Of a DNA stretch of 32,311 bases, positions 1 through 8,602 are shown in pieces. The notes beneath the pieces are model-generated. The model did not search any database. It was given only the letters and a program-made list of their open reading frames with translations, and was not told the origin of the DNA. A program made the position numbers and the translations under genes. Source of the stretch: an uncultured Lachnospiraceae bacterium (lineage in GTDB: Bacteria > Bacillota > Clostridia > Lachnospirales > Lachnospiraceae); contig CADBOW010000091.1 of the NCBI GenBank assembly GCA_902796375.1, forward strand, positions 1-32,311, given 5' to 3'. The stretch's first letter is position 1, and every line of letters begins with the position of its first letter.

Positions 1-471
1 CGGATCGAAGCCACCACGATACATACGCACCTGGATGGTGTGAATGGCCGGATCGTAAGCGAAGGGCGGTTTTATGCCGCCGCCTGCGTAATCATACCTC
101 GTAAAGTTGGTAATATTGACCACGGAATTGCTGGTATTCGCAGCAGACCTTCCATCCTCATAGTACTTAGAAACGTAGTAAACGCCCTGATATCCGAAGC
201 CTACCGGCTGTTTCTGGGCATTATATACGGTGGCAACCAGATAATACTGCTGGTTCCATCCAAGCGTAAGCCCCGACGGCGACTCCTTTGTGGTCCTGTC
301 TTTATCATAGAAATTGACCGTGACAGGATAACTGTTCATGGGCGCAGCCTCAACGTCACTTGTTCCCGGAATCACCGGCAGCATGGTAACCGTCATGAAT
401 ACCGCCATAAACATTGCTGCAAGGCGCTTCCAAACCCTCGTGTTTCTTAACCCTCTCTTCTTTTCAGCCAT
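1..471 (-). CDS. Secreted/surface protein with Sec signal peptide, N-terminal 157 aa only (runs off the window edge)
   Basis: Not in the ORF track; translated by hand. ATG at 471 follows GGGGAGGAACTT, and the frame has no stop down to base 1. MAEKKRGLRNTRVWKRLAAMFMAVFMTVTMLPVIPGTSDVEA|APMNSYPVTVNFYDKD... shows a basic n-region, a hydrophobic h-region and a V-E-A cleavage site, then Y/N/T/V-rich beta-type sequence. Confidence 0.85.
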   Translation of the reverse strand, partial: MAEKKRGLRNTRVWKRLAAMFMAVFMTVTMLPVIPGTSDVEAAPMNSYPVTVNFYDKDRTTKESPSGLTLGWNQQYYLVATVYNAQKQPVGFGYQGVYYVSKYYEDGRSAANTSNSVVNITNFTRYDYAGGGIKPPFAYDPAIHTIQVRMYRGGFDP

Positions 472-663
472 AAGTTCCTCCCCTTTGCTGATCGTAATTT
501 GAGTACTGATTGATCGGTGTCATCTATACATTTCAAGTCCGTTCATGTTCTGAGATTAATGATGGAAATGAACCGAGCGAACATAGACGATTTGTAACGT
601 GCGTATGAACAAACTGTAAAAAAAACGCACTAAGCCCACTACCACAGAGTAATGCTTTATACA

Positions 664-692
664 AATATAGCAAAAATATACAAAATCATCAA
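664..692 (-). promoter_or_regulatory. Putative sigma-A promoter for the secreted-protein gene
   Basis: The minus strand reads TTGATG-17 nt-TATATT, with TG of an extended -10 (TGcTATATT), in an AT-rich spacer about 190 nt upstream of the ATG at 471. Confidence 0.5.
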
Positions 693-853
693 TAATTTTT
701 GGACAGTTCACATAATTTTCAACAATTCTCACGAATTTGAACAAAAAACCGAAAAATCTAAACCGGTTTCCGATTCTCCGACTCCTACCATATCATTGAA
801 ACCGACCTGTCTACAACCGCAATATCTATGAAAACGGTTCTCTATTCTTTACG

Positions 854-884
854 AAAAAAAAGGAGTCTCACGACTCCTTTTTTT
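854..884. terminator. Rho-independent terminator downstream of metY (symmetric, could act in both directions)
   Basis: AAAAAAAAGGAGTC-TCAC-GACTCCTTTTTTT is a perfect inverted repeat with A and T tracts, about 45 nt after the metY stop. Confidence 0.9.
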
Positions 885-927
885 GTGCAAACTGTCACCG
901 ATAGCTTTCTTATGTTTCTCGCGGTTT

Positions 928-2202
928 CTATACCGAAGCCAGTGCCTGTTCCAGATCTCCGATGATATCATCCACATGCTCGATCCCCACGGACAGACGG
1001 ATCAGATCCGCTCCCACGCCGCAGGCCGTCAGCTCCTCATCCGTCAGCTGGCGATGTGTCGATGACGCCGGATGCAGCACGCAGGTATGGGCATCCGCCA
1101 CATGGGTTGCGATGATCGCGATCTTCAGATGCTTCATGAATTCCTCCGCCGCAGCGCGTCCGCCCTTCACGCCAAAGGAGATCACGCCGCAGGTTCCGTT
1201 CGGCATATACTTCTTCGCACGCTCATAGTATTTATTTCCGGGAAGACCCGGGTAGTTCACCCATGCCACCTTCTCATGCTTCTCCAGATATTCGGCAACC
1301 GCCTGTGCATTCCTGCAGTGACGTTCCATCCGAACCGCCAGAGACTCAAGTCCCAGATTCAGATAGAAGGCATGCTGGGGTGACTGGATGGAGCCAAGAT
1401 CGCGCATCAGCTGTGCGGTACATTTTGTGATAAATGCCCCTTCCCTGCCGAACTTCTCTGCATAGGTGATCCCGTGATAGGACTCGTCCGGTGTGGTAAG
1501 GCCCGGGAATTTCTCCGCATGGGACATCCAGTCAAATCTTCCTGCGTCCACTATGGCTCCGCCCACTGCCACATCATGTCCGTCCATGTACTTTGTGGTG
1601 GAATGGGTAACGATATCAGCCCCCCACTCGATGGGCCGGCAGTTGACGGGTGTTGCAAAGGTATTATCAATGATAAATGGAACTCCATGTGCATGAGCCG
1701 CCTTCACAAACCGCTCTATGTCAAATACCGTAAGTGCCGGATTTGCAATGGTCTCTCCGAACACCGCCTTCGTATTCGGCTGAAATGCAGCCTCCAGCTC
1801 CTCATCGGAGCAATCCGGATCCACGAAGGTGAATTCAATCCCCATCTTCCGCATGGTAACGTTGAACAGATTGAAGGTTCCGCCGTAAATCGCAGAGGAT
1901 GCGATCACATGGTCTCCTGCATTTGCCAGATTGAATACGGCGAAGAAGTTCGCCGCCTGTCCGGAGGATGTCAGCATGGCTGCAGTTCCGCCTTCCATTT
2001 CCGCAATCTTGGCAGCCACCAGATCATTTGTGGGATTCTGCAGCCGCGTATAGAAATAACCGGTTGCTTCAAGATCAAACAGTTTTCCCATATCCTCGCT
2101 GGTGTCATACTTGAAGGTAGTACTCTGAATGATGGGGATCATGCGAGACTCTCCGTTCTTCGGCGTATATCCTCCCTGGATGCATTTTGTTTCCGTTTTC
2201 AT
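928..2202 (-). CDS. metY: O-acetylhomoserine aminocarboxypropyltransferase / sulfhydrylase (Cys/Met metabolism PLP enzyme)
   Basis: Motifs YTRLQNPT, SSGQAA, IYGGT, ETIANP, IDNTFATP, HSTTKYMDGH (PLP lysine), HPASSTHRQL and IRLSVGIE; AGGAGG RBS; 424 aa. Confidence 0.92.
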   Translation of the reverse strand: MKTETKCIQGGYTPKNGESRMIPIIQSTTFKYDTSEDMGKLFDLEATGYFYTRLQNPTNDLVAAKIAEMEGGTAAMLTSSGQAANFFAVFNLANAGDHVIASSAIYGGTFNLFNVTMRKMGIEFTFVDPDCSDEELEAAFQPNTKAVFGETIANPALTVFDIERFVKAAHAHGVPFIIDNTFATPVNCRPIEWGADIVTHSTTKYMDGHDVAVGGAIVDAGRFDWMSHAEKFPGLTTPDESYHGITYAEKFGREGAFITKCTAQLMRDLGSIQSPQHAFYLNLGLESLAVRMERHCRNAQAVAEYLEKHEKVAWVNYPGLPGNKYYERAKKYMPNGTCGVISFGVKGGRAAAEEFMKHLKIAIIATHVADAHTCVLHPASSTHRQLTDEELTACGVGADLIRLSVGIEHVDDIIGDLEQALASV

Positions 2203-2284
2203 TTTCCTTTCCTCCTGGATTCATCAATATCTATGCAAATGCACTGAAGCTGTGCAATGCTGTCCTTTTCCTTTTTTCCTTTTC

Positions 2285-3484
2285 CTATTTCTTCTTCCCC
2301 GGAGCTTCTCCTCTCCCGGAATCGGTTTGTTTCTTCTTCGGCTTCTTCCGAAATGCGACCCTCTCCAGCTTCTCCCACAGGATCGTCATGGGAATGCATG
2401 TGAGCAGTGCAAGCAGACAGCTAAGGGATGACTTTGCTATGATTTCAAAGGTCAGCGGAATGTCCGCCAGTTCCAGATACCATAGCGATCCGGGCTTGCA
2501 GTATACCCCCAGCAGGTCGGAATAGACCAATGCGATCAGACAATGCATCAGCAGGACCGTCAGCGTATGCTTTCCGTACCATTCCAGCACCAGTGCCGGC
2601 CACCGGAATTTTCCGACACATCGGGCCAGGGTATAAAGAGCCGGGAATATGATCACCACCTGAAGGATCACCGTGAAAACATCCAGCGCTCCCCGGTTCC
2701 CGAATTTACTGACATAATAGGATTCATTTCCGTTAAAGAGAAACAGGCCGAAATGTGCCGCCAGACAGGCGATGCTGATGGGGATCGCACGGGATAGGCG
2801 CAGCCGGTCCAACCGTTCCAGAACATTCCACTCCCGCAGCTTTACGCCGATCATCATAAACATCAGATATGTGGGCAGCACCGTAAGCCCCCAGGGAGCC
2901 GGCTTCAGGAATACATACATGGGCACCTGGATCCCCAGGAGTACCACCTGCAATGCAATCCAAGCCTTTGTGCCCCTGCCCATCACCAGATGCCTCAGGG
3001 GGTGGAAGAAAAGCTCCGTCCAGACCATGGTCCAGATAAACCATACCGGAGACAGATTAAAAAAAAGCGTACCGCCGTCACCCCAGGCAGCTGCCGAACG
3101 TGCAGCGATCCTTGTGGTGATCTCCGGCCGAAGAAATGTAACCAGGCTGTCATGGATCACATCGCTGATGGAGTACTTATGAAATATCATACAATAGATC
3201 CCGCCCAGAAACAGCAGCAGGAGTTCCATCAGGACCACCGGCAGCAGCAGACCTTTGACACGTCTTCGATAGCTTTCCTTTATTCCCGATTCCTGTCTGC
3301 CGGTAAAGCCGGATAACAGAAAAAAGATACCGATATAGGCCCATCCCAGAGACCGTATCATCTTGTCCGGAATCCCGTCCATCGAGCGATAGACGATATG
3401 ATAGATCGCGATCAGGATGATTCCGAACCCCTTAATATAGTCCAGCGTCGGTATCCTCTTTCGATTCGTCACAAACTCTCCCAT
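2285..3484 (-). CDS. Acyltransferase family 3 (OafA/YrhL-like) multi-pass membrane protein
   Basis: KRIPTLDYIKGFGIILIAIYH, FFLLSGF, RRVKGLLLP, WF and YGKHTLTVLLMH are AT3 hallmarks, with about 10 hydrophobic helices. The ATG at 3484 follows GGAAGG; the ORF track extends to a GTG at 3523. Confidence 0.85.
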   Translation of the reverse strand: MGEFVTNRKRIPTLDYIKGFGIILIAIYHIVYRSMDGIPDKMIRSLGWAYIGIFFLLSGFTGRQESGIKESYRRRVKGLLLPVVLMELLLLFLGGIYCMIFHKYSISDVIHDSLVTFLRPEITTRIAARSAAAWGDGGTLFFNLSPVWFIWTMVWTELFFHPLRHLVMGRGTKAWIALQVVLLGIQVPMYVFLKPAPWGLTVLPTYLMFMMIGVKLREWNVLERLDRLRLSRAIPISIACLAAHFGLFLFNGNESYYVSKFGNRGALDVFTVILQVVIIFPALYTLARCVGKFRWPALVLEWYGKHTLTVLLMHCLIALVYSDLLGVYCKPGSLWYLELADIPLTFEIIAKSSLSCLLALLTCIPMTILWEKLERVAFRKKPKKKQTDSGRGEAPGKKK

Positions 3485-3583
3485 GTCCTGCTTCCTTCCA
3501 AATCGATCGTAGTCATATTTCACGAACGATCGACCGTTCCGATCCTATCGTTCAGCGCAGAATTCGAACAATGCCCAAGGGGT

Positions 3584-3612
3584 ATTATATCAGTTCAGCG
3601 AAAATAACACAA
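3584..3612 (-). promoter_or_regulatory. Putative sigma-A promoter for the acyltransferase (possibly also metY)
   Basis: TTGTGT-17 nt-TATAAT with a perfect extended -10 (TGaTATAAT) in the intergenic spacer. Confidence 0.6.
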
Positions 3613-3661
3613 CGGTCATCAGGGGCAGAACGGAAATTGTAAGGACTGTGGTCAGTTTCTG

Positions 3662-5476
3662 TTATTTCTTCGTCTTTTCGGCCGTATCCGGCCCATAATA
3701 ATCAAATCCCAACATGGTGATATCATCAAACTGGATCGCATCTCCTACGAAGGCATCGATATCCTTCTTCAGATTCGGAAGCAGCTCCTGCAATGAATCC
3801 TCTCCGTGGGAGTTCAGGGACGCAAGCATCCTCTCTTCTCCAAACAGTTCGTCATTGATATTGGTTGCCTCCGGTACGCCATCCGTATATACGAAAATCC
3901 GGTCTCCTGGATACAGTTCAAATTCGTGTTCCTTAAAGGGAATCCCTTCCATTACGGCAACGGCCGGTGAGTGCTTGTAGACCACCGCCTCATATGCTCC
4001 GTTGGCCCTGCGGATCACAGGATGTTCATGACCTGCATTGACAGCCACGCCCTTTCCCGTAGTAAGATCGATGATGGCAAGCCAGACCGTAACGAAGAAC
4101 CCGCTTTCATTTCCTTCACACAGCTGTTCATTTACAGCTGACAGAATCTTACCCGGCGACTTTCCGAAGTTTGCCTGATTCTGGATCCTGGTTTTGGAAT
4201 TCACCATAAAGAGTGCTGCAGGGACGCTCTTTCCGGACACATCGGCGATCACCAGACAGATATGATCATCATCGATCAGGAAGAAATCATAGAAATCTCC
4301 TCCCACCTCCTTCGCCGGGTTCATGGTTGCATACAGATCAAATTCCCTGCGGTTCGGGAAGGCCGGGAATGTGGAGGGCAGCATATCCGCCTGGATCTTC
4401 GTAGCCACACTGAGCTCGGCAGCGATCTTCTCCTTCTCCGCCGTAATATCCTGAATCTCTTCCACGTACTGATCTATGGAAATGATCATATCCGAGATAT
4501 CGGAGGAGAGGGCTCCCAGTTCATTTCTGATGTTGATCTCTTCCAGATCCTTCAGTACCCTCTCGCTTTCCTTCTTCTCCCGATAATACCATACATTTTT
4601 CTGGATCCGTTCAATGGGGCGTACCGCATAAACGTAGATCAGTATGAAAAGTGCAATTGCAAGCAGGGCCTGAAGAATGATGAACATGTACATACCGCTA
4701 AGCACCTGATGCTCCACTTCACTTATCATGCCGGAAATATTATAGGCAACACCCACCATAACATGATATCCATCCAGAATATCCTGTATGTATCCGAAGG
4801 AATCAATGTAATCACCGGATTGCGTCAGCAGCCGTTCTCCCTTGGCCGCCGTCATCATGCTTTCTTTCTGCTGCGGCGTGCTGTCCGCCTCAACACCGAT
4901 CACATAGGCGTCCTCATAATTGCTGCCACGCTTCTGCTCCGACGATGCCCCGCTGAGGATAAAGGTTCCGTGGGTATAATCGGAATTCATGATCAGGATG
5001 CTGAGATAACTGGGTTCATAGATCTCCTTCAGACTGTTCATAAGACTCAGCATCTGGTTATAGACCACCTCTGCATACAGCTTCTGATCCTCTGCAGGCA
5101 TACCCTCCAGATCCTCCGGCCGTACATAATCGATCACCTTTCCCGGATACTTCTCACTGAATTTTCTCGCTTTCTCGATGGTGACATCCGTAAGAGTATA
5201 TTCCACATCCAGGGTGTCAGAATGTTCAAACCAGTAGGTCAGCAGCCACTCGTAAGCCGGATATCCTTTGATGGTTACTACAATATCCTCCGTAAGGGAA
5301 TCCGCCAGGTCGGACCTCGCGTCCCGAACCCGCTTATCGACTCCCTGTTTCAGAACAAAATAAGAAAGAATCGCAGTCAGGATCGCAGCAAGCAGGGAAA
5401 AGATCAAAACCTGTCCTGCCAGACTGAATCTGGTTCTGTCCAACCGTCTGAACTTTTTTTTCTCTTCCTTCTTCAT
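3662..5476 (-). CDS. Membrane-bound sensor PP2C phosphatase (SpoIIE/RsbU family) with extracellular domain and HAMP
   Basis: Two TM helices flank a ~220-aa external domain, followed by HAMP (RPIERI...NELGALS) and a coiled coil (ELSVATKIQ). PP2C motifs: EVGGDFYD, IADVSGKS, NAGHEHP, YTDGVPEA, DDITML. Confidence 0.92.
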   Translation of the reverse strand: MKKEEKKKFRRLDRTRFSLAGQVLIFSLLAAILTAILSYFVLKQGVDKRVRDARSDLADSLTEDIVVTIKGYPAYEWLLTYWFEHSDTLDVEYTLTDVTIEKARKFSEKYPGKVIDYVRPEDLEGMPAEDQKLYAEVVYNQMLSLMNSLKEIYEPSYLSILIMNSDYTHGTFILSGASSEQKRGSNYEDAYVIGVEADSTPQQKESMMTAAKGERLLTQSGDYIDSFGYIQDILDGYHVMVGVAYNISGMISEVEHQVLSGMYMFIILQALLAIALFILIYVYAVRPIERIQKNVWYYREKKESERVLKDLEEINIRNELGALSSDISDMIISIDQYVEEIQDITAEKEKIAAELSVATKIQADMLPSTFPAFPNRREFDLYATMNPAKEVGGDFYDFFLIDDDHICLVIADVSGKSVPAALFMVNSKTRIQNQANFGKSPGKILSAVNEQLCEGNESGFFVTVWLAIIDLTTGKGVAVNAGHEHPVIRRANGAYEAVVYKHSPAVAVMEGIPFKEHEFELYPGDRIFVYTDGVPEATNINDELFGEERMLASLNSHGEDSLQELLPNLKKDIDAFVGDAIQFDDITMLGFDYYGPDTAEKTKK

Positions 5477-5618
5477 CCTGCTTCTTAATCCCTTCCCGCC
5501 ACCGGAGCGGCAAACCGGACTCCCGGCTGTGATACCGCATCACGTCGTCCGTGGCTTACTGATTCCGGCTATATTTGTCGCAGCACGTACGCTTCGTGTG
5601 CAATGTACTACTCTGTAT

Positions 5619-5647
5619 AGTATACACTTTTTTTACAGATCTTTCCA
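5619..5647 (-). promoter_or_regulatory. Possible sigma-A promoter for the PP2C gene
   Basis: TGGAAA-17 nt-TATACT on the minus strand, about 140 nt upstream of the ATG at 5476. Confidence 0.35.
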
Positions 5648-5761
5648 TCCATACTCCGAAGCAGTCACTGTCAGGGAATCGTTGGCACGATTCTCATCAC
5701 ATAAAATTTCCTCGGCGCTTTTGTCTGGCCACAGATGCCTTTTCAGCGCCTCGTCGAATGG

Positions 5762-6136
5762 TCAGTTCGTAGTCATGCCTGATATAGCCATCCACGCCTG
5801 TCTGGTCGCTGCAAGGGGGGCCTCTGCCTTCTTCAGGTCGTCCTCACTGCATTCGGCGAAAAGCCGGTCCACATCATAATACTCCGGATGATCCTTCCTC
5901 CAGCCGGTCACAAAGTCATTGAGGACCTCCCCCGCCAGACGCGTATCATCCTTGTCCATGGCATCTCTGTAGAAGACGAAGAATCCCGTCCTGAATGCCT
6001 CACTCAGTTCTGCAATGCGACCTGTCACGGATTCCGGAACCGATTCCATACTGTCCAGGATCGGATTGACCGTCATCTTCCATGTATTGGTCACTTCCTC
6101 AATATATCTTATATCTCCTGCTGTGAGATCGTACAT
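5762..6136 (-). CDS. Small acidic hypothetical protein; candidate immunity protein for the upstream toxin-like gene
   Basis: Starts 2 nt after the upstream stop, with its GAGGAGG RBS inside the last codons of that gene. The 124-aa product is D/E-rich and helical. The immunity role is inferred from position only. Confidence 0.7.
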   Translation of the reverse strand: MYDLTAGDIRYIEEVTNTWKMTVNPILDSMESVPESVTGRIAELSEAFRTGFFVFYRDAMDKDDTRLAGEVLNDFVTGWRKDHPEYYDVDRLFAECSEDDLKKAEAPLAATRQAWMAISGMTTN

Positions 6137-6138
6137 AT

Positions 6139-7659
6139 CTATTCCTCCTCATCCTCTGACTTAATGCCTTTTTTTCCTTCTTCCCTTTCCTTCATTTCGA
6201 TCAGGTCCTCAAACTCATAGTCCCCATCATCTTTTGTACGGACAAAGAGATTTCGGTCCATGGTAAGCGCCTTCCGGTCCGTGGTGGTCAGGTAATCGTA
6301 CTCCGATGTTTCATTTGAGATGATCGTATTATATCCCAGAAGAGCCGCCATCATGGTCAGATAATCCTGAAACCCGCTTCCTGTCGGCGGATCCGCTTCC
6401 ATAAGATACCGATAGGTCTTTGGAAACTTCGTCTGGATCAGTTTCTTCTTCTTCTCAATATCCACCCAGGAAATGATCCTTGCATTCTCATTCAATATCA
6501 TGGTCATCATTACCGCACCTTCGCTCTGACCGTATTTCCAGCTGTCTTTTTTTGCCGCTTCATCACTCTTCACGGAAGAATCCCTGGCTGCAGCTGTATA
6601 GCAGCCTTTCCCGATCCGCCCGATACCGTAATACATGCGCTTTCCTCCGATCCCGGCCAGCTGTGCTGTGGGTTCAAGCGCATTCTTTTCCTTGGAGATC
6701 TCTCTCCCGTTCTGGTCATATTTCGTGAAGGGATTTGTGGTATGATACAGCCGGCGTCCATGGGGCGAAGACTTCATGGCAGCAGTGGAATCACCGGTGA
6801 TCCGCGGCTGATTTGAAGACCAGCCCAGTGCATTGAAGAACTTCGTACACATGGTCTTACTCTGGTTATCGTCCACCCTCTGCTTCTTTACTTCATCCAA
6901 AACATCGTTCATGTCGGAATCCAGCTTCTCCATCTCTTCCGGAGTAAGCGTCACATTTTCGTTTAATACCTGGTACATCATATTATGATGTGCGCGGAGG
7001 GCAGCCGTTACATTGTCTTCACTTGCCTCCTGCTGCATGGACGCCAGGGTGGTCTTCGTGGAATTGATATAATCCTCTCTCTGTCGGTCCAGTTCGGCAT
7101 TTACCTTTATGGACACCTGGGAAATGATAGCCTTCCGGATCTTTCCGGAGGAGCTGAAGGGTGATCTGCTCTTCAGATAGTTGTCACAGCTTTCCTTAAG
7201 CTTCAGCAGCAGCCCCATGCCTTCTCTTGCATCTGCGCTGTCCATGACACGGTTGAACAGCTCCAGATCCGTGGCAACCGCATTGTACTCGTCGGAATTT
7301 CCACCTCTGTCATTGTTCTTCAGAAAGACTTCCAGTTCCTTCATGGAATAACCGGCATAGTATTCCGGAGACTTCTCGCTGCCCTTCTTCGGAGCTCTCT
7401 TCTTCAGGTCCTTCACCTTTTCGGTCGTGTTCTTATGCCATGCGGCCTCGATCTTAAGCTTCTTCTGCTTATGCGCCTCCATGATGGCATTTCTCTTCTC
7501 ATCTTCGGCCTTCTCCAGATGTTCTCTTTCTGCGTTCAGGAATCTGGTATTCATATCCCGGTAAGCCAGCTCGGTATCATTCTCCGTCTGACGCTTCGAG
7601 ATACTTTCGTATTCCTTCAGTTTCTGTTCTTTCTGAATATAAGTTTCTTCAGGGCCCAT
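6139..7659 (-). CDS. Putative CIS cargo effector with C-terminal ADP-ribosyltransferase-like (H-Y-E class) domain
   Basis: ATG at 7659 follows AGGAGGTAAACCT (ORF track starts at 7677). The N-terminal half is charged and helical. The C-terminal half has LYHTT, YYGIGRIGKGCYTA, SWKYG, AALLGYNTI and EYDYLTTTDRKAL, ordered as in PARP/diphtheria-toxin-like ART folds. The CDS is solid; the function is inferred. Confidence 0.6.
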   Translation of the reverse strand: MGPEETYIQKEQKLKEYESISKRQTENDTELAYRDMNTRFLNAEREHLEKAEDEKRNAIMEAHKQKKLKIEAAWHKNTTEKVKDLKKRAPKKGSEKSPEYYAGYSMKELEVFLKNNDRGGNSDEYNAVATDLELFNRVMDSADAREGMGLLLKLKESCDNYLKSRSPFSSSGKIRKAIISQVSIKVNAELDRQREDYINSTKTTLASMQQEASEDNVTAALRAHHNMMYQVLNENVTLTPEEMEKLDSDMNDVLDEVKKQRVDDNQSKTMCTKFFNALGWSSNQPRITGDSTAAMKSSPHGRRLYHTTNPFTKYDQNGREISKEKNALEPTAQLAGIGGKRMYYGIGRIGKGCYTAAARDSSVKSDEAAKKDSWKYGQSEGAVMMTMILNENARIISWVDIEKKKKLIQTKFPKTYRYLMEADPPTGSGFQDYLTMMAALLGYNTIISNETSEYDYLTTTDRKALTMDRNLFVRTKDDGDYEFEDLIEMKEREEGKKGIKSEDEEE

Positions 7660-7728
7660 AGGTTTACCTCCTGTCATTTGTACAACTATATGAAACGGTT
7701 TTCGGTTCAGGGACCGTAACCGTCAGCA

Positions 7729-8568
7729 TCATTCGTACCGGAACACCCGGAGCTTCTTCTCCCTGCCCCCTGGCAGCATGGCCTTTACCGCCTCCCGGCC
7801 CACACCGTCACAGAGCAGGAACCGGATCTTCGCCTTCGGTGCATATTCCGAGGTGAGCAGCTTACGAAGAACATAAAATGCGTACAGCAGAGCCTTCCCG
7901 TCCTTTGTCCGGATATAGGGAACATGGATCAGATCATCCGTCTCCTCCAGCAGGATCACTCCAACCACCTTTCCCCGGTCCATGCATACAAGACTGGCAT
8001 CCGAGAATCTGTCTTCGTCCAGATACCCGTCCGGCACCTGCAGAACCCGGTCATACTCCGATCCCAGCACAAATCCTTCCACCTTCTGAAGAGGCGCCTG
8101 ATCCAGAGTGCCAATATCACAGCTCTTCGGCGGAGCCTCCATCTCCTTAAGATCCTCCAAGATTCCCTCGAAACAGGAGTATTTGCTTTCAGTCTCCGTG
8201 AAGCCGCTTTCCGTAAGCAGCTTCTCATCCGTTTCCTCATCGGTTCCGAGGAAGAGAACCGAAACCTCCATATCCTCCGGCAGGTCCGTAATAATGCCCA
8301 GAAGCGCCCGGGCCGCGCCCTCCGCCCCCGGAAGCACCCGGATCCCCTTAACCCGGATATGATCCATATGGATCTCGGCTGTCAGGATCCCCAGGGGCTG
8401 TCCGGACTCCCCGTCGCTTGCCCCCACGCAGGTGTAACGCCCGTTCATGATCCCGAAGATGTCCTCATTCCTGAGGAATTCCATGTATTTACCGATGGTT
8501 TCCTCCATCAGCACTTCTGTCAGCACTTCCCTCTGACCGGCTGCGGTTTTTCCTTTGCTGTTCCCCAT
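7729..8568 (-). CDS. Tandem GNAT-like (acetyltransferase-fold) protein, possibly degenerate
   Basis: ATG at 8568 follows AAGGAGATCAAC; the ORF-track start at 8685 overlaps the neighbour. First GNAT-like half: PLGILTA...IRVKGIRVLP..GAARALL...LLTESGF. Second half: SLVCMDRGKVVGVILL...IHVPYI. The canonical R/QxxGxG/A loop is poorly preserved. Confidence 0.55.
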   Translation of the reverse strand: MGNSKGKTAAGQREVLTEVLMEETIGKYMEFLRNEDIFGIMNGRYTCVGASDGESGQPLGILTAEIHMDHIRVKGIRVLPGAEGAARALLGIITDLPEDMEVSVLFLGTDEETDEKLLTESGFTETESKYSCFEGILEDLKEMEAPPKSCDIGTLDQAPLQKVEGFVLGSEYDRVLQVPDGYLDEDRFSDASLVCMDRGKVVGVILLEETDDLIHVPYIRTKDGKALLYAFYVLRKLLTSEYAPKAKIRFLLCDGVGREAVKAMLPGGREKKLRVFRYE

Positions 8569-8602
8569 GTTGATCTCCTTGTTCTTCCTTCTGTCCTGCC
8601 GT

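Noticed and set aside
556-744. 62-aa minus-strand ORF in the AT-rich spacer
   Set aside because: No RBS, overlaps the predicted promoter, and has the composition of non-coding AT-rich DNA.
2203-2284. SAM or T-box riboswitch ahead of metY
   Set aside because: The spacer is only about 80 nt and shows no S-box or T-box consensus.
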